NCBI GenBank assembly: GCA_039586795.1
Contig: JBDHJS010000002.1
Span: 114,546 to 178,545, forward strand
Direction: 5' to 3'
Length of the DNA: 64,000 bases
From: Gemmatimonadota bacterium
Lineage (GTDB): Bacteria > Gemmatimonadota > Gemmatimonadetes > Palauibacterales > KS3-K002
The first letter of the stretch is position 1. Each line of letters begins with the position of its first letter. Below, piece after piece: positions 1 through 8,998 of the stretch. Below the pieces are notes generated by a model. That model had not been told where the DNA came from. It was given only the letters and a program-made list of their open reading frames with translations, and searched no databases. The translations under genes were made by a program, and so were the position numbers.

Positions 1-304
1 TGAGCTCGAAGGTGTTGGCACCTGTGATCGTGAAGGTGCCGGTGACGCTGAGCATCAGGACATCCTGTGAGAACTCGTAGGTCGAATCCGCGGCGACGCT
101 GATCATGACTGTAGCAATGCCGCTCAGCGTGAGATCCAAGGTCGAGTCCGGATCAGACTCGGATGTGACAACAGACACCGACGCCACCCAATCGCCGACG
201 AAGACGCTGATATCCGGTATTGGAGCTGTTGGGTCGTCGTCGTCACAAGCGATCGCTACAGTGCCCAGTAGCATTAGTACGACAGCCAAACGTGCGAGCT
301 TCAT
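1..304 (-). CDS. Lipoprotein of unknown function (possibly lipocalin-like); partial, runs off the window start
   Basis: Not in the ORF track. Read manually: ATG at 304 preceded by AAGGAGGT, giving MKLARLAVVLMLLGTVAIAC-DDDDPTAPIPDISVFVGDW... with a lipobox and an open frame to position 1. Confidence 0.75.
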   Translation of the reverse strand, partial: MKLARLAVVLMLLGTVAIACDDDDPTAPIPDISVFVGDWVASVSVVTSESDPDSTLDLTLSGIATVMISVAADSTYEFSQDVLMLSVTGTFTITGANTFEL

Positions 305-401
305 GTTCCTACCTCCTTGTAAATGCTGTAATGCGGGGGATTTCAGCATGGGTTTGCACCCTATAGTCTATTGGAATACAGCCATTCTTCCAGTTCACCC
401 T

Positions 402-3254
402 TTAGAACGGTTGCCGGACGCGGAGCGATATCACGCTTCCGATAAACGGAGCGCCGATGATCTCCTGGTGCGTGATGCCGAACCCGCAACCGCTGCTCAC
501 GTTCGGGTCCTCAGTGCTCTCACCGGTGCATGCGAAGAAGTTACGAAAATCGAACACGACCTCCGTACGCGTCGAAACCGGCAGCGTATACCCGATATTG
601 GCGTCGAGAACGGTGAAGTACGGAATGTCGCCGACGAAGACGCCGGACTGGACGGGATAGCCCTGCACGTAGCGTCCCTTAAGCCCTACAGCGAGACCGA
701 GACGCTGGTTGTCGTAGAGAACGCCCAGCGTGCCTTTGTTCATCGGCGCGTTGAGTGCGATGTCGCCGATGCTGTCGACCTGTGCGTTCCCGAGGCCGAT
801 GAACAGGTCATCGCTGACCCAGGAGTAGCTGCCGGAGATGCTCCAGACATCGGTGAGCAGGAAGGTGAGGCCGAAATCGGCGCCCCAAAGGTCGACATCA
901 CCGAAGTTCCTATAGGTCAGGAAAAGGTCCGTCGGACTGCCGAGGGGCGTTTCCACCCAGGTTGCCGTGGCCAGCGGAACCTGACTTAGGCCGCCGGTGA
1001 TCAAGAGCGCGTCTTCCAGCGGGACGCCGGCGCCCGTCAGGATGGGAAGCAAGTACTGCCCCAGGGTCTGCGGGTCGAGCATCGCGTTTGGTGTCTCGAA
1101 GCGCAGCGGTCCGATGAAGTCCTCGATCCTCATATAGTACACGTCAGCGCCGAACAGCAGCCGCTCGCTAATCAGACCCTTGTAGCCGACCTCGAAGATG
1201 TTGGTCATGCTGGGCTGCAATTTGGGTACGTCGACAGCCGCCTGCGCCGGGTCATCGATGATCGGCCCGAACCCGAGCGTCTGCTGGTCGAACATGCGAA
1301 GCGCAGTGCTCACGTCATCCGATGTCGGTGAAAGCGACCGCAGGAGTGCCTCTACGGGCGGGGGGAGCGGATCTTCACCCAGCGCGACCAGGATATTCCC
1401 CAACCCATCCACCGCGTCTTGCCAATACGGTGTCACGTCGAGACCGTGGAACGCCTGTGGGTCCGAGGCGAACGGTGAGCGAACGCAGAGATCGCCGGCG
1501 CAGTCGCGCCTGAAGGTCAGGCCAGTGTTGCTGGGTACGCCGAGCGCGCGGACACCGTAGTCGGTGAACGGTCCGAGAGCGTTAGCCGACAACAGGTCGA
1601 GGGAGAAGTTGATGCTGCTGGGCTGAGCGAATGCCCGGTTGTACATGAGCCGGAAGTTGTGCTCCGGCGTCGGCTTGAAGACCACGCCGGCGCGGGGCGA
1701 GAAGACGAGCTGTTCGGTCTTGCTGTGATAGTCGAGGCGCGCCGCGGCCAGCAGATCCCACTGCGGTGTCATTGCGCCTTCCCACTGCACGTAGCCGCCG
1801 ACCTCGCTGATGTTGTCGTTGTCCTCGTTGCGACCGTTCACCGTGCCATCGGTCCGGGGGACGGTTTGGATATAGTCGAGGCCGTAAACGAAACGGTTGC
1901 GCTCGCCGAGGTTCGAGTAGTGCTGCAACTGACCGGCGAACAGAAATGACTTGTCTGCGATCGGCTTGCCGTCGCGCAGCGTGTAGGTGTCGCCGGCATT
2001 GCTCATGTTGATGTAAGCCTGAGCGAAAAGTCGGCCAAGCTGCGCGCGACCCTGGCCATACCAGTAAGTCCAGTCGACCGCCTGGGCGGATCCGATTCCA
2101 GTCATCTCGATGCTGCTGCCCATGTTGCTGAAGCCGCCAGCGAAACGCAGAACGTTGTCATCGCTGAGGCGGAAATCCATGCGGGCGTCAGCGGCGTATC
2201 GCTCGGCGGAAAAGTCGCGACGACCGATCAGCAGCGTGTCGGGGTCGGCACCGGCGGCGATGGCCGCCTCCCGCTCGAACTGTTCGACCGGGTCGTTGTA
2301 GTGCCAGTCCTCGCCGTTCAGATAGAGGCCGGAGAGCTTGTAGCCGGTATCGTCACCGATCAGACCCGCCGTTCGGAATACGCCCTGGAACATCGGCTCG
2401 GTCGATGAGCCGACGTTGTTCCCGTCGCGCGCGCCGGCCAGCACGCTGACGGCGCTGCCCTGATAGTCGAGGGGCGAGCGGGTGATGATGTGCATCACGC
2501 CCTTGTCGACGTTCGGGCCGTAAAGGGCCGAGCCGGGGCCCAGCACCATCTCGATCCGGTCGATGTCCTCGTCGGTGGACGGGATCAGGTTGTAAGCGTT
2601 GAAGCGGAGGGAGGGGACGGAGGCCCAGCGGTTGTCCTGCAGCACGTAAAGCGCGCCAGAGAAAACGTTGTTGAACCCCCTGGCGACCACGTTGTGCTGC
2701 TGGAGCCCGTACGTGACGTTGTCGACGCCGGGAAGACCGACGACGTGCTCGGCGGCCACCGCCGTCGGCTGCGCCTGCACCTCGTCCGACGTCACCGTGT
2801 AGACGGAGGCCGGCGCTTCCAGCGCCTTCTCCTGGCCACGAGATGCGGTGACGACCACCGGGTTCAGCCGGAAGGCCCGTGATATGAGCTCGATCGGCTC
2901 GAGCACAACGGTCTCGGCACCGACACCTACGCGCTCGATGCGATAGAGCTCGTAGCCGAGCGCCGTGACCAACAGCGAATAAGTACCCGCCTCGACATCG
3001 ACGAACCGGAACTCACCCCGGACATCGGTCACCGTGGAGTGCACGACGCTGCCGGTACCTGTGATCAGCTCTACCTGTGCACCGCTCAGCGGCTCGGCGA
3101 CCTCAGCGTCGAGGACGCGACCGGTGACATCCACGCCCTGAGCGAAGGCTAGCTGCGGGGCGACCAGGGCTAGGAGCACGGCGGCTGACGCACCGGCGAG
3201 CCAGCGGCTTGCTGCGCCGCGAGGCCTGCGGAGTTGGGGCAAATGCTGAGACAT
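402..3254 (-). CDS. TonB-dependent receptor with N-terminal carboxypeptidase-regulatory-like domain
   Basis: Signal peptide, VTGRVLD...PLSGA domain, TonB-box-like LNPVVVTASR, plug motif DIDRIEMVLGPGSALYG, C-terminal Phe; GGAGG RBS. Confidence 0.92.
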   Translation of the reverse strand: MSQHLPQLRRPRGAASRWLAGASAAVLLALVAPQLAFAQGVDVTGRVLDAEVAEPLSGAQVELITGTGSVVHSTVTDVRGEFRFVDVEAGTYSLLVTALGYELYRIERVGVGAETVVLEPIELISRAFRLNPVVVTASRGQEKALEAPASVYTVTSDEVQAQPTAVAAEHVVGLPGVDNVTYGLQQHNVVARGFNNVFSGALYVLQDNRWASVPSLRFNAYNLIPSTDEDIDRIEMVLGPGSALYGPNVDKGVMHIITRSPLDYQGSAVSVLAGARDGNNVGSSTEPMFQGVFRTAGLIGDDTGYKLSGLYLNGEDWHYNDPVEQFEREAAIAAGADPDTLLIGRRDFSAERYAADARMDFRLSDDNVLRFAGGFSNMGSSIEMTGIGSAQAVDWTYWYGQGRAQLGRLFAQAYINMSNAGDTYTLRDGKPIADKSFLFAGQLQHYSNLGERNRFVYGLDYIQTVPRTDGTVNGRNEDNDNISEVGGYVQWEGAMTPQWDLLAAARLDYHSKTEQLVFSPRAGVVFKPTPEHNFRLMYNRAFAQPSSINFSLDLLSANALGPFTDYGVRALGVPSNTGLTFRRDCAGDLCVRSPFASDPQAFHGLDVTPYWQDAVDGLGNILVALGEDPLPPPVEALLRSLSPTSDDVSTALRMFDQQTLGFGPIIDDPAQAAVDVPKLQPSMTNIFEVGYKGLISERLLFGADVYYMRIEDFIGPLRFETPNAMLDPQTLGQYLLPILTGAGVPLEDALLITGGLSQVPLATATWVETPLGSPTDLFLTYRNFGDVDLWGADFGLTFLLTDVWSISGSYSWVSDDLFIGLGNAQVDSIGDIALNAPMNKGTLGVLYDNQRLGLAVGLKGRYVQGYPVQSGVFVGDIPYFTVLDANIGYTLPVSTRTEVVFDFRNFFACTGESTEDPNVSSGCGFGITHQEIIGAPFIGSVISLRVRQPF

Positions 3255-3292
3255 CGCTCCCTCCGTAGAGAAAGGACCTGTTGGGGCTTACT

Positions 3293-3313
3293 AAGAAGGC
3301 TCCCGTGGGAGCC
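3293..3313 (-). terminator. Weak intrinsic terminator/hairpin between the ThDP gene and the TonB receptor
   Basis: Minus strand GGCTCCC-AC-GGGAGCC followed by TTCTT. Confidence 0.35.
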
Positions 3314-3394
3314 CGATTTCTCCCGATTTAGCTCGTTATCTGCCCATCTGGGGGGAGGCGTGAGGGAATAAACTACACCTTTTTGCTGCAGTGG

Positions 3395-5125
3395 CTAGAA
3401 GGGGCGCCCCGGTATCCTTCTGGCCAGTGCCCTGGCCAAAAATCGCAGCCGATCGGGCCAGGGTAGTCGACCCAGGTTGGTCCGCACTACGCCTCGAGTG
3501 AAGTACGTGGCCTGCGAATAGTCGATGGCCACGTCGACCAGGATCGGCGCTCCGCCGTCGTGAACCTTCACTGCCTGGTTCAGCACTTCCTCGACCTGCG
3601 AGTCATCCTCCAGCGACAGGTACTCCACACCGAGGGCGCGGGTCAGTCCTTCGAGGTCATAGTCGGGTAACTGACTCGCCGTCTTCCGCGCCAGCGCCGT
3701 CTGCTGAAACTGAGCGATTTGGGCCAGTTCGCGGTCACGAAGAACCAGGATCGTGACCGGCAGATCGAGTTGAGCGGCGGTGAGCATCTCGAGACCTGTC
3801 ATCAAGAACGCACCGTCTCCGGCCAACGCCACGCAGCGACGTCCGGGGCAGGCCAGCGCCGCACCGAGTGCGGCGGGCACGGAGTATCCCATACAGGAGT
3901 AATCGACGGGTGCGAGGAACGATCTGGGGTTATCCAGGCGCAAGCACTCCATGGCCAGGAATGTCCCGTTGCCGCTGTCCGTCGTGTAGACCGCGTCGGG
4001 CCCGTAGATCCCTTGGAGTTTGCTGATCAGATGAGGTGGCGTGACGCGAGCGGCGTCTGAAGGCTGCGACCAGCCTTCTCGTACTTCCTCGTGCCCTTGC
4101 CGAATGGCCGCTCTCAGGGCGTCGTCGGGAGATCGGGGCTCGAGACCCTCCAGTAGCGCCGTGACGAAGGCCCTGGCGTCAGCCTCGACCTTCAGCTCTG
4201 CCGGGTAGTTCTTGTCGAATACATCGGCATCGATGTCGACGTGGACCAGCGGACCCGGCGGCTCCAGGCCGTAGCTCGCCGTTCCGACTTCCGAGAACCG
4301 ACAACCGATGGCAAGAGTGAGATCGCAGGACGTCGCGATCTTGCGGGCGAAAGGGGGTGCGGCGGCTCCGAACCCCGGCCAGAGCCAGAGGGGGTGGCTC
4401 TCGGGGAAGACGCCCTTCCCCTGAAACGTGGTGGCCACCGGCGCTTCCAATCGCTCGGCCAGGGCCACGAGATCTTCGGCGGCGCCCTCCGCTCCCAGCC
4501 CCAGGTAAAGCAAGGGCTTTCCATCGGTCAGCAACTTTCGAACGGCGGCCACGGCCTCCCGATCCGGCTCTACGGTGGGGCTCGGTTCCGGTCTCCAACT
4601 CTCGCTGGCCGGGTCGTGACGAAACAGATAGTGGTTGACCGGGATCTCGACAAAAACGGGCCCGGCAGGCGCAGCGCGGGCTATGGCGCAGGCGGCCCGA
4701 ATCGTGGAATAGAGGTCTTCGCCGCGTTCGGGTCGAAGCTGGGCCTTGGTCACGGGCGTAACGATGCCGAGCTGGTCCACGTCGTGCAGCTGGTACGCCT
4801 TTCCGGTATCGGTGCGGACACCGCAGCCCAGCACGAGCAGCGGGATGCAGTCCATGAAGGCTTCCGCAATCCCCGACAGGGCATGCGTGAGCCCGGCGCC
4901 GGGCACTACGGTAACGCAACCGAGCTTTCCGGATGATCGAGAGACCGCATCGGCCATGAACGACGCGCTCTGCTCGTCGGTCACGAGAACGGGTTGAACG
5001 GCGGAGGAAGCGCCGAGAGCGTCGTAGAGCTCGATGTTGTGCGTGCCCGGGATACCGAAGGTGAAGGGGATCCCTTCGTCCTCCAGGGCCCGAACCACGA
5101 TTTCGCTTCCCGGCATCTTGGTCAT
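3395..5125 (-). CDS. Thiamine-diphosphate-binding enzyme (acetolactate synthase/lyase superfamily)
   Basis: FGIPG, DEQSA (catalytic Glu), PGAG, GPVFVEIP, CMGY and GDGAFLM ThDP motif. Confidence 0.9.
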   Translation of the reverse strand: MTKMPGSEIVVRALEDEGIPFTFGIPGTHNIELYDALGASSAVQPVLVTDEQSASFMADAVSRSSGKLGCVTVVPGAGLTHALSGIAEAFMDCIPLLVLGCGVRTDTGKAYQLHDVDQLGIVTPVTKAQLRPERGEDLYSTIRAACAIARAAPAGPVFVEIPVNHYLFRHDPASESWRPEPSPTVEPDREAVAAVRKLLTDGKPLLYLGLGAEGAAEDLVALAERLEAPVATTFQGKGVFPESHPLWLWPGFGAAAPPFARKIATSCDLTLAIGCRFSEVGTASYGLEPPGPLVHVDIDADVFDKNYPAELKVEADARAFVTALLEGLEPRSPDDALRAAIRQGHEEVREGWSQPSDAARVTPPHLISKLQGIYGPDAVYTTDSGNGTFLAMECLRLDNPRSFLAPVDYSCMGYSVPAALGAALACPGRRCVALAGDGAFLMTGLEMLTAAQLDLPVTILVLRDRELAQIAQFQQTALARKTASQLPDYDLEGLTRALGVEYLSLEDDSQVEEVLNQAVKVHDGGAPILVDVAIDYSQATYFTRGVVRTNLGRLPWPDRLRFLARALARRIPGRPF

Positions 5126-5134
5126 GGATGTCCG

Positions 5135-6643
5135 TCAGGCGAATAGTTCGGCGGCGTCCTGACGGATGCGCTGGGCGACCCGATCGGCCAACGCCATGAT
5201 CGTCAGGTAAGGATTGATCTCCAGCGAGTCCGGGAAGAGGCTCGCGTCGGCCACGAACAGCCAGGGCACGCCGTGCACGCGACCGTAAGAGTCGGTGACG
5301 GAGTCGGACGACGTGAGACCCATCCCGCAGCCACCCTGCAGGTGTGCGGCCGAGACGGTGACACCGCCGGGCCGAAACCGGCCTTCGTCGATCAAAGCGT
5401 CCAGCCGGTCCACTTCTTCGGCGTCGACGACAGGGTTGTCGGCGGCAGGTACGTGAACTCTGAGGGCGCCGGCGGCGAAGAAGATGCGCGCCGAAGTCGC
5501 CGTGCCGCGGGCAAGCGCCCGGCGCACCTCTGGCGTGAAGCGATAGTCGACCACGGGCGTACCCGAGCGGTCGACAGTGACCCGGTTGTTCCGGTCGACG
5601 TGATCGCAAGCCAGGACCAGTATCATCTGAAGGCGTGGAAAGGCCCGCATGAACTCCGAATGTCGAGAACCGAAGCCGGAAAGGCTCTTCGCGGTCGTGA
5701 ACGGGAAGTACATGCACGTCTCGAGGACGAAGGCGTCGCTCTCGACGAAGTCGTCCAGGTAGTAACTCTTGGGGTGGCCGACGAAGTTGGTGATCGCCTC
5801 GCGATGCTCGGCCACCAGGATCAGCGCTGGGTGACAGGTGAAACCGTGACCGAGACGAGGCAGTGATGCGGGCAATTTGGAGCGCAGCAAGAGCGCGGGT
5901 GAATTCACGGCGCCGCCGCAAACCACGACGATCCTGGCGTTGATGCGATACTCGCCGGGCGCCCAGGTCGGAGGTTCTCCCTTTGCGTCGGCGGACTTGG
6001 GATGCACGCGGGCGTAGATCACCCGCTCTTCCAGCCGCAGTACCTCACAGCGGGTGACCACCTCGACCCCATCCCGTTCGGCCTTTGGAAGCTGGACTCT
6101 GTGGGTACCCTGCTTGGCGAGGTTGGGACAACCCAGGTTGCAGAGGCTGGAACCACGGCAGCCTTTGACGTTGACCGGGAATTGCTGGGCGTTGTAGCCC
6201 AGACGGCGGCACCCTTTGACGAAGAGCTGGTTGTTATCGTTTATCTCGTCGTCGTTCAACAGGTGAATGTTGTTCTGCTCCACGAATTTTTTCGAGCGCC
6301 GCTCGACTTCTTCGTGGTCGAGGTCGGCAAGGTTCCAGCTGTCGATCACGCGCTTGGGTGCGATGAGTGATGTGCCGGTGTAAACGACGGTCGAACCGCC
6401 GTACGCGCTCCCCATGGCCAGGGTCATCGAGCCGTCGCGGGTCAGAAAGCCACCGCTGTCTTCGTAGAGCGCCTGGGCCATCTCGACCTCGCGACCCGAA
6501 TACTCATCGTCGGATAGCTTGGGGCCTTTCTCCAGAACGGCGATGCGAATGCCGTGTCGGCATAGCGCGGCGATTTCCTGCGCTACGGTTCCGCCGCCGG
6601 CTCCCGAGCCGATGATCACGATATCGTAGTTGCGCTCCATCAT
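5135..6643 (-). CDS. GMC-family FAD oxidoreductase
   Basis: IIGSGAGG FAD motif, GGSTVVY, CxxSSLCNLGC, GAVNSPALLLRS, SAAHLQGGC, ADASLFP...NPYLTIMALA; ATGA overlap with upstream gene. Confidence 0.92.
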   Translation of the reverse strand: MMERNYDIVIIGSGAGGGTVAQEIAALCRHGIRIAVLEKGPKLSDDEYSGREVEMAQALYEDSGGFLTRDGSMTLAMGSAYGGSTVVYTGTSLIAPKRVIDSWNLADLDHEEVERRSKKFVEQNNIHLLNDDEINDNNQLFVKGCRRLGYNAQQFPVNVKGCRGSSLCNLGCPNLAKQGTHRVQLPKAERDGVEVVTRCEVLRLEERVIYARVHPKSADAKGEPPTWAPGEYRINARIVVVCGGAVNSPALLLRSKLPASLPRLGHGFTCHPALILVAEHREAITNFVGHPKSYYLDDFVESDAFVLETCMYFPFTTAKSLSGFGSRHSEFMRAFPRLQMILVLACDHVDRNNRVTVDRSGTPVVDYRFTPEVRRALARGTATSARIFFAAGALRVHVPAADNPVVDAEEVDRLDALIDEGRFRPGGVTVSAAHLQGGCGMGLTSSDSVTDSYGRVHGVPWLFVADASLFPDSLEINPYLTIMALADRVAQRIRQDAAELFA

Positions 6644-7059
6644 CGGACAGAAGCCCAGCCACCAGGGTCAGGGGTGTAATCGATCGCCTTTGTGGCATCC
6701 GCTCGTCCGTAGTAACCGAGGAAGACGAGGGTGCGAAGACCCCAAAAGCCGACGCGGATGACATCGATTCGATGCTCCTGCAGCGCGGTGAGGAAGGCAG
6801 TCCGGCTTCCCTGATCCAGGTCGGTGAAACGTTTGCGGTGGCGCAGCATTGGGAGCCACTCCACGATGTTGACGAAGAGCTTCACCTTTCGCTGAATCGC
6901 GGGTGGTCGTTGGCGCAGGGAGTCGCGCACCAGGCTCTCCAGGTCTGCCCAGCCGCGCTCGTCGAGGTGCACGCATTCCGGGACGACGGTGGACGCGATC
7001 GCTCGAAATGCCGCTGGCAGATCAGGCCGCTCGGGTATGAGGGTGTCGGTACTGCTCAT
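6640..7059 (-). CDS. Gluconate-2-dehydrogenase subunit-3-like small partner of the GMC oxidoreductase
   Basis: 139 aa; RFTDL...GFWGLRTLVFLGYY...IDY pattern; stop overlaps the GMC start. Confidence 0.7.
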   Translation of the reverse strand: MSSTDTLIPERPDLPAAFRAIASTVVPECVHLDERGWADLESLVRDSLRQRPPAIQRKVKLFVNIVEWLPMLRHRKRFTDLDQGSRTAFLTALQEHRIDVIRVGFWGLRTLVFLGYYGRADATKAIDYTPDPGGWASVR

Positions 7060-7247
7060 CCTCGGGGCACGTTCCGTTCGTGGTTTTCGTCGGGTAGCTG
7101 GACGTGAGGAAAAATAGAGTGGCGAGGCGTCGGTATCAAAGACCTGTTCGTCTTACAAGCGCCAGCTGCATGTAATAATCGTTATTCCATATGGACCCGT
7201 GGCATGTGCCGGGCGTATGATTAGGACAAGCACCAAGGGAGGTCCTC

Positions 7248-7925
7248 ATGTCGAAGCTGATGCCATGGATCGGAGGAACCAGGCGTTTGGTCGGGCACGT
7301 CGGGCAGTCGGGCTTGCTGTTTGGCCCAATTCGCCGGGCGATAGTCGAGCCGGCGGCGGCTGCTCACGACGAAGCGGTGCGGCTGCTGCTGTGTTACCAC
7401 GGGAAACGCGCCTGGGAGGCGGGTTTGATCGCGGGCTGGTGTGGCAATCTATCGGCGCGGCTTCGCAACAGAGAGTACATCTACATTACGCCGCGATCAG
7501 CCAACAAGTCACGGCTTCACGCGTCCGACATCCAGCTAGTGTACTTGGGTGCGGCGCCGGACAGCCTGGTCAACGTCAGCGTCGAGTTTCCACTGCATCG
7601 AGAGTCTTACCTGGCCAACGAGGAAGTGGGCGCGGTAATCCATACTCATGCACCGGCGCTCACCGCCGCAGGTATTCGTGGCATAGACGTGGAAGAAGTG
7701 CTACCGGTCGCCGCCGCGTCGCTTGGGGGCGTCGTGAGGATCCCGTATCACAACTCGGGGTCCGAGGAATTGGCGCGGGCGGTCGCCGACGCCGTCGCGA
7801 GTGGCGCCAAGACGCTATTGCTCGCCCATCACGGCGCCGTTACGGTCGGCCACTCTCTGACCGAAGCGTACGATCGGATGGAGTTCGCGGAGCTGACGGC
7901 GCAGACGGCGCTTCTTGCAACGTGA
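7248..7925 (+). CDS. Class II aldolase/adducin family protein (fuculose-1-phosphate aldolase-like)
   Basis: GNLSAR, ITP, SVEFPLH, AVIHTH, LLAHHG metal-binding motifs; GGAGG RBS. Confidence 0.9.
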   Translation: MSKLMPWIGGTRRLVGHVGQSGLLFGPIRRAIVEPAAAAHDEAVRLLLCYHGKRAWEAGLIAGWCGNLSARLRNREYIYITPRSANKSRLHASDIQLVYLGAAPDSLVNVSVEFPLHRESYLANEEVGAVIHTHAPALTAAGIRGIDVEEVLPVAAASLGGVVRIPYHNSGSEELARAVADAVASGAKTLLLAHHGAVTVGHSLTEAYDRMEFAELTAQTALLAT

Positions 7926-7931
7926 AGTAGG

Positions 7932-8027
7932 GTGGACAGTGGGCGGTAGACAGTAGACGGTGGGCGGTCGCTTCCGATGAACCGTCCACTGTCTACCGTT
8001 GTCTACCGTCTACCGCCTACTGTCTAC
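7932..8027. repeat. Inverted pair of degenerate heptamer tandem arrays (GTRGRCR x5 / YGYCYAC x6)
   Basis: Left arm gtggaca gtgggcg gtagaca gtagacg gtgggcg; right arm cgtccac tgtctac (cgt) tgtctac cgtctac cgcctac tgtctac. Lies between convergent genes. Confidence 0.9.
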
Positions 8028-8977
8028 CTATAACGCTCGCCGGACAGGCAATTCCACCAACGCAGCAGTATCGGCCCTACCCAGTAATAGATCAGGAACG
8101 CCCAGACCACACCTCCGACGGAGTCGATGGCGTAGTGGTTCTGCGTGTACACGGTGGAGAGTACGACGCCAAACGCCGCCAGTGTCAGCAACCATGCGGA
8201 AGTGCGCGATAGCCACCGGAAGCCGAGGATCGCCATCGTGGTTGAGGCGGCGACGTGAGAGCTTGGCATCGAGCATCCGAGGGCGTCACCGCCGCTCTGC
8301 AGGAACTGCTCGACCTTGTAAAAGAATCCCTGCTGATGGGGACCCTGAAAATGTTCGGTGAGCCAGTGCGGCCCGTCGACGGGAAACGCGATGTAGCAGA
8401 TGAAACAAGACACATAAATCAGAATGACGCGGAAGACCATGTCGCTCTTCATCGCAGCACCGCCGCGGGTAAGCGCGTAGAGCAAGGGTACGATCACGGT
8501 CAGGTAGTAGCTGAAATAGGCGAAGTACATCAGCTCGCTGAACCAGAGAGCGTGAAGGTTGGGAAGGAACACCTGATCGAGGTGAGTCCCGAAGAGCATC
8601 AGATCGAGATCGCCGAACACTCGATCGAAGTTGGCGTCGTGCAGGGTACGACGGATCCAATCTAGCTCGGTCCACCATACGAGGATGTAGATCAGTGGGT
8701 AGATGTCACGTACAACGCCCACCGGCTTCGACAGCGGGTGGCTGGCCCTGCGCAATAGCATCGGCAGCGTGGCAGCGGCGGCGTGGGCCAGGAAAAGCCA
8801 GAATGCGTAAGGGTTCTGGGGTATGAGGTGCGCCCAGATGATGGCGACGAGCCCGTTGTATGCCGCGGCCACCTTGTCGACTAACCGGACATGGTCGATT
8901 TCCGGGTAAGGCGGCTCGACGCCCGGGACCTTCGATACACGCGGGGCCTCGACGGCCCCGGCTGTAGAGTCGTTCAT
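8024..8977 (-). CDS. PAP2-superfamily membrane phosphoesterase/phosphotransferase (Aur1/IPC-synthase-like)
   Basis: Multiple TM helices with FPVDGP, MPSSHVA and YTQNHYAIDSVGG motifs. Confidence 0.85.
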   Translation of the reverse strand: MNDSTAGAVEAPRVSKVPGVEPPYPEIDHVRLVDKVAAAYNGLVAIIWAHLIPQNPYAFWLFLAHAAAATLPMLLRRASHPLSKPVGVVRDIYPLIYILVWWTELDWIRRTLHDANFDRVFGDLDLMLFGTHLDQVFLPNLHALWFSELMYFAYFSYYLTVIVPLLYALTRGGAAMKSDMVFRVILIYVSCFICYIAFPVDGPHWLTEHFQGPHQQGFFYKVEQFLQSGGDALGCSMPSSHVAASTTMAILGFRWLSRTSAWLLTLAAFGVVLSTVYTQNHYAIDSVGGVVWAFLIYYWVGPILLRWWNCLSGERYR

Positions 8978-8998
8978 GAGCGTGCTGTTCCGATCTAA

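Noticed and set aside
105..989. 294-aa plus-strand ORF
   Set aside because: Antisense to the TonB receptor and to the lipoprotein at 1-304, both of which have RBS and motifs.
4179..5921. 580-aa alternative-frame ORF overlapping the GMC and ThDP genes
   Set aside because: Arg/Pro/Gly-rich shadow frame typical of high-GC DNA; no motifs, and fully explained by the real genes.
7163..7188. AATAA-TCG-TTATT palindrome in the GMC/aldolase divergent region
   Set aside because: Only 5-bp arms and about 12/19 to a Fur box; too weak to call without comparative data.
7932..8027. Tandem repeats considered as CRISPR arrays or IS ends
   Set aside because: Units are 7-8 nt with no unique spacers, and there are no cas or transposase genes or clear target duplications in the window.
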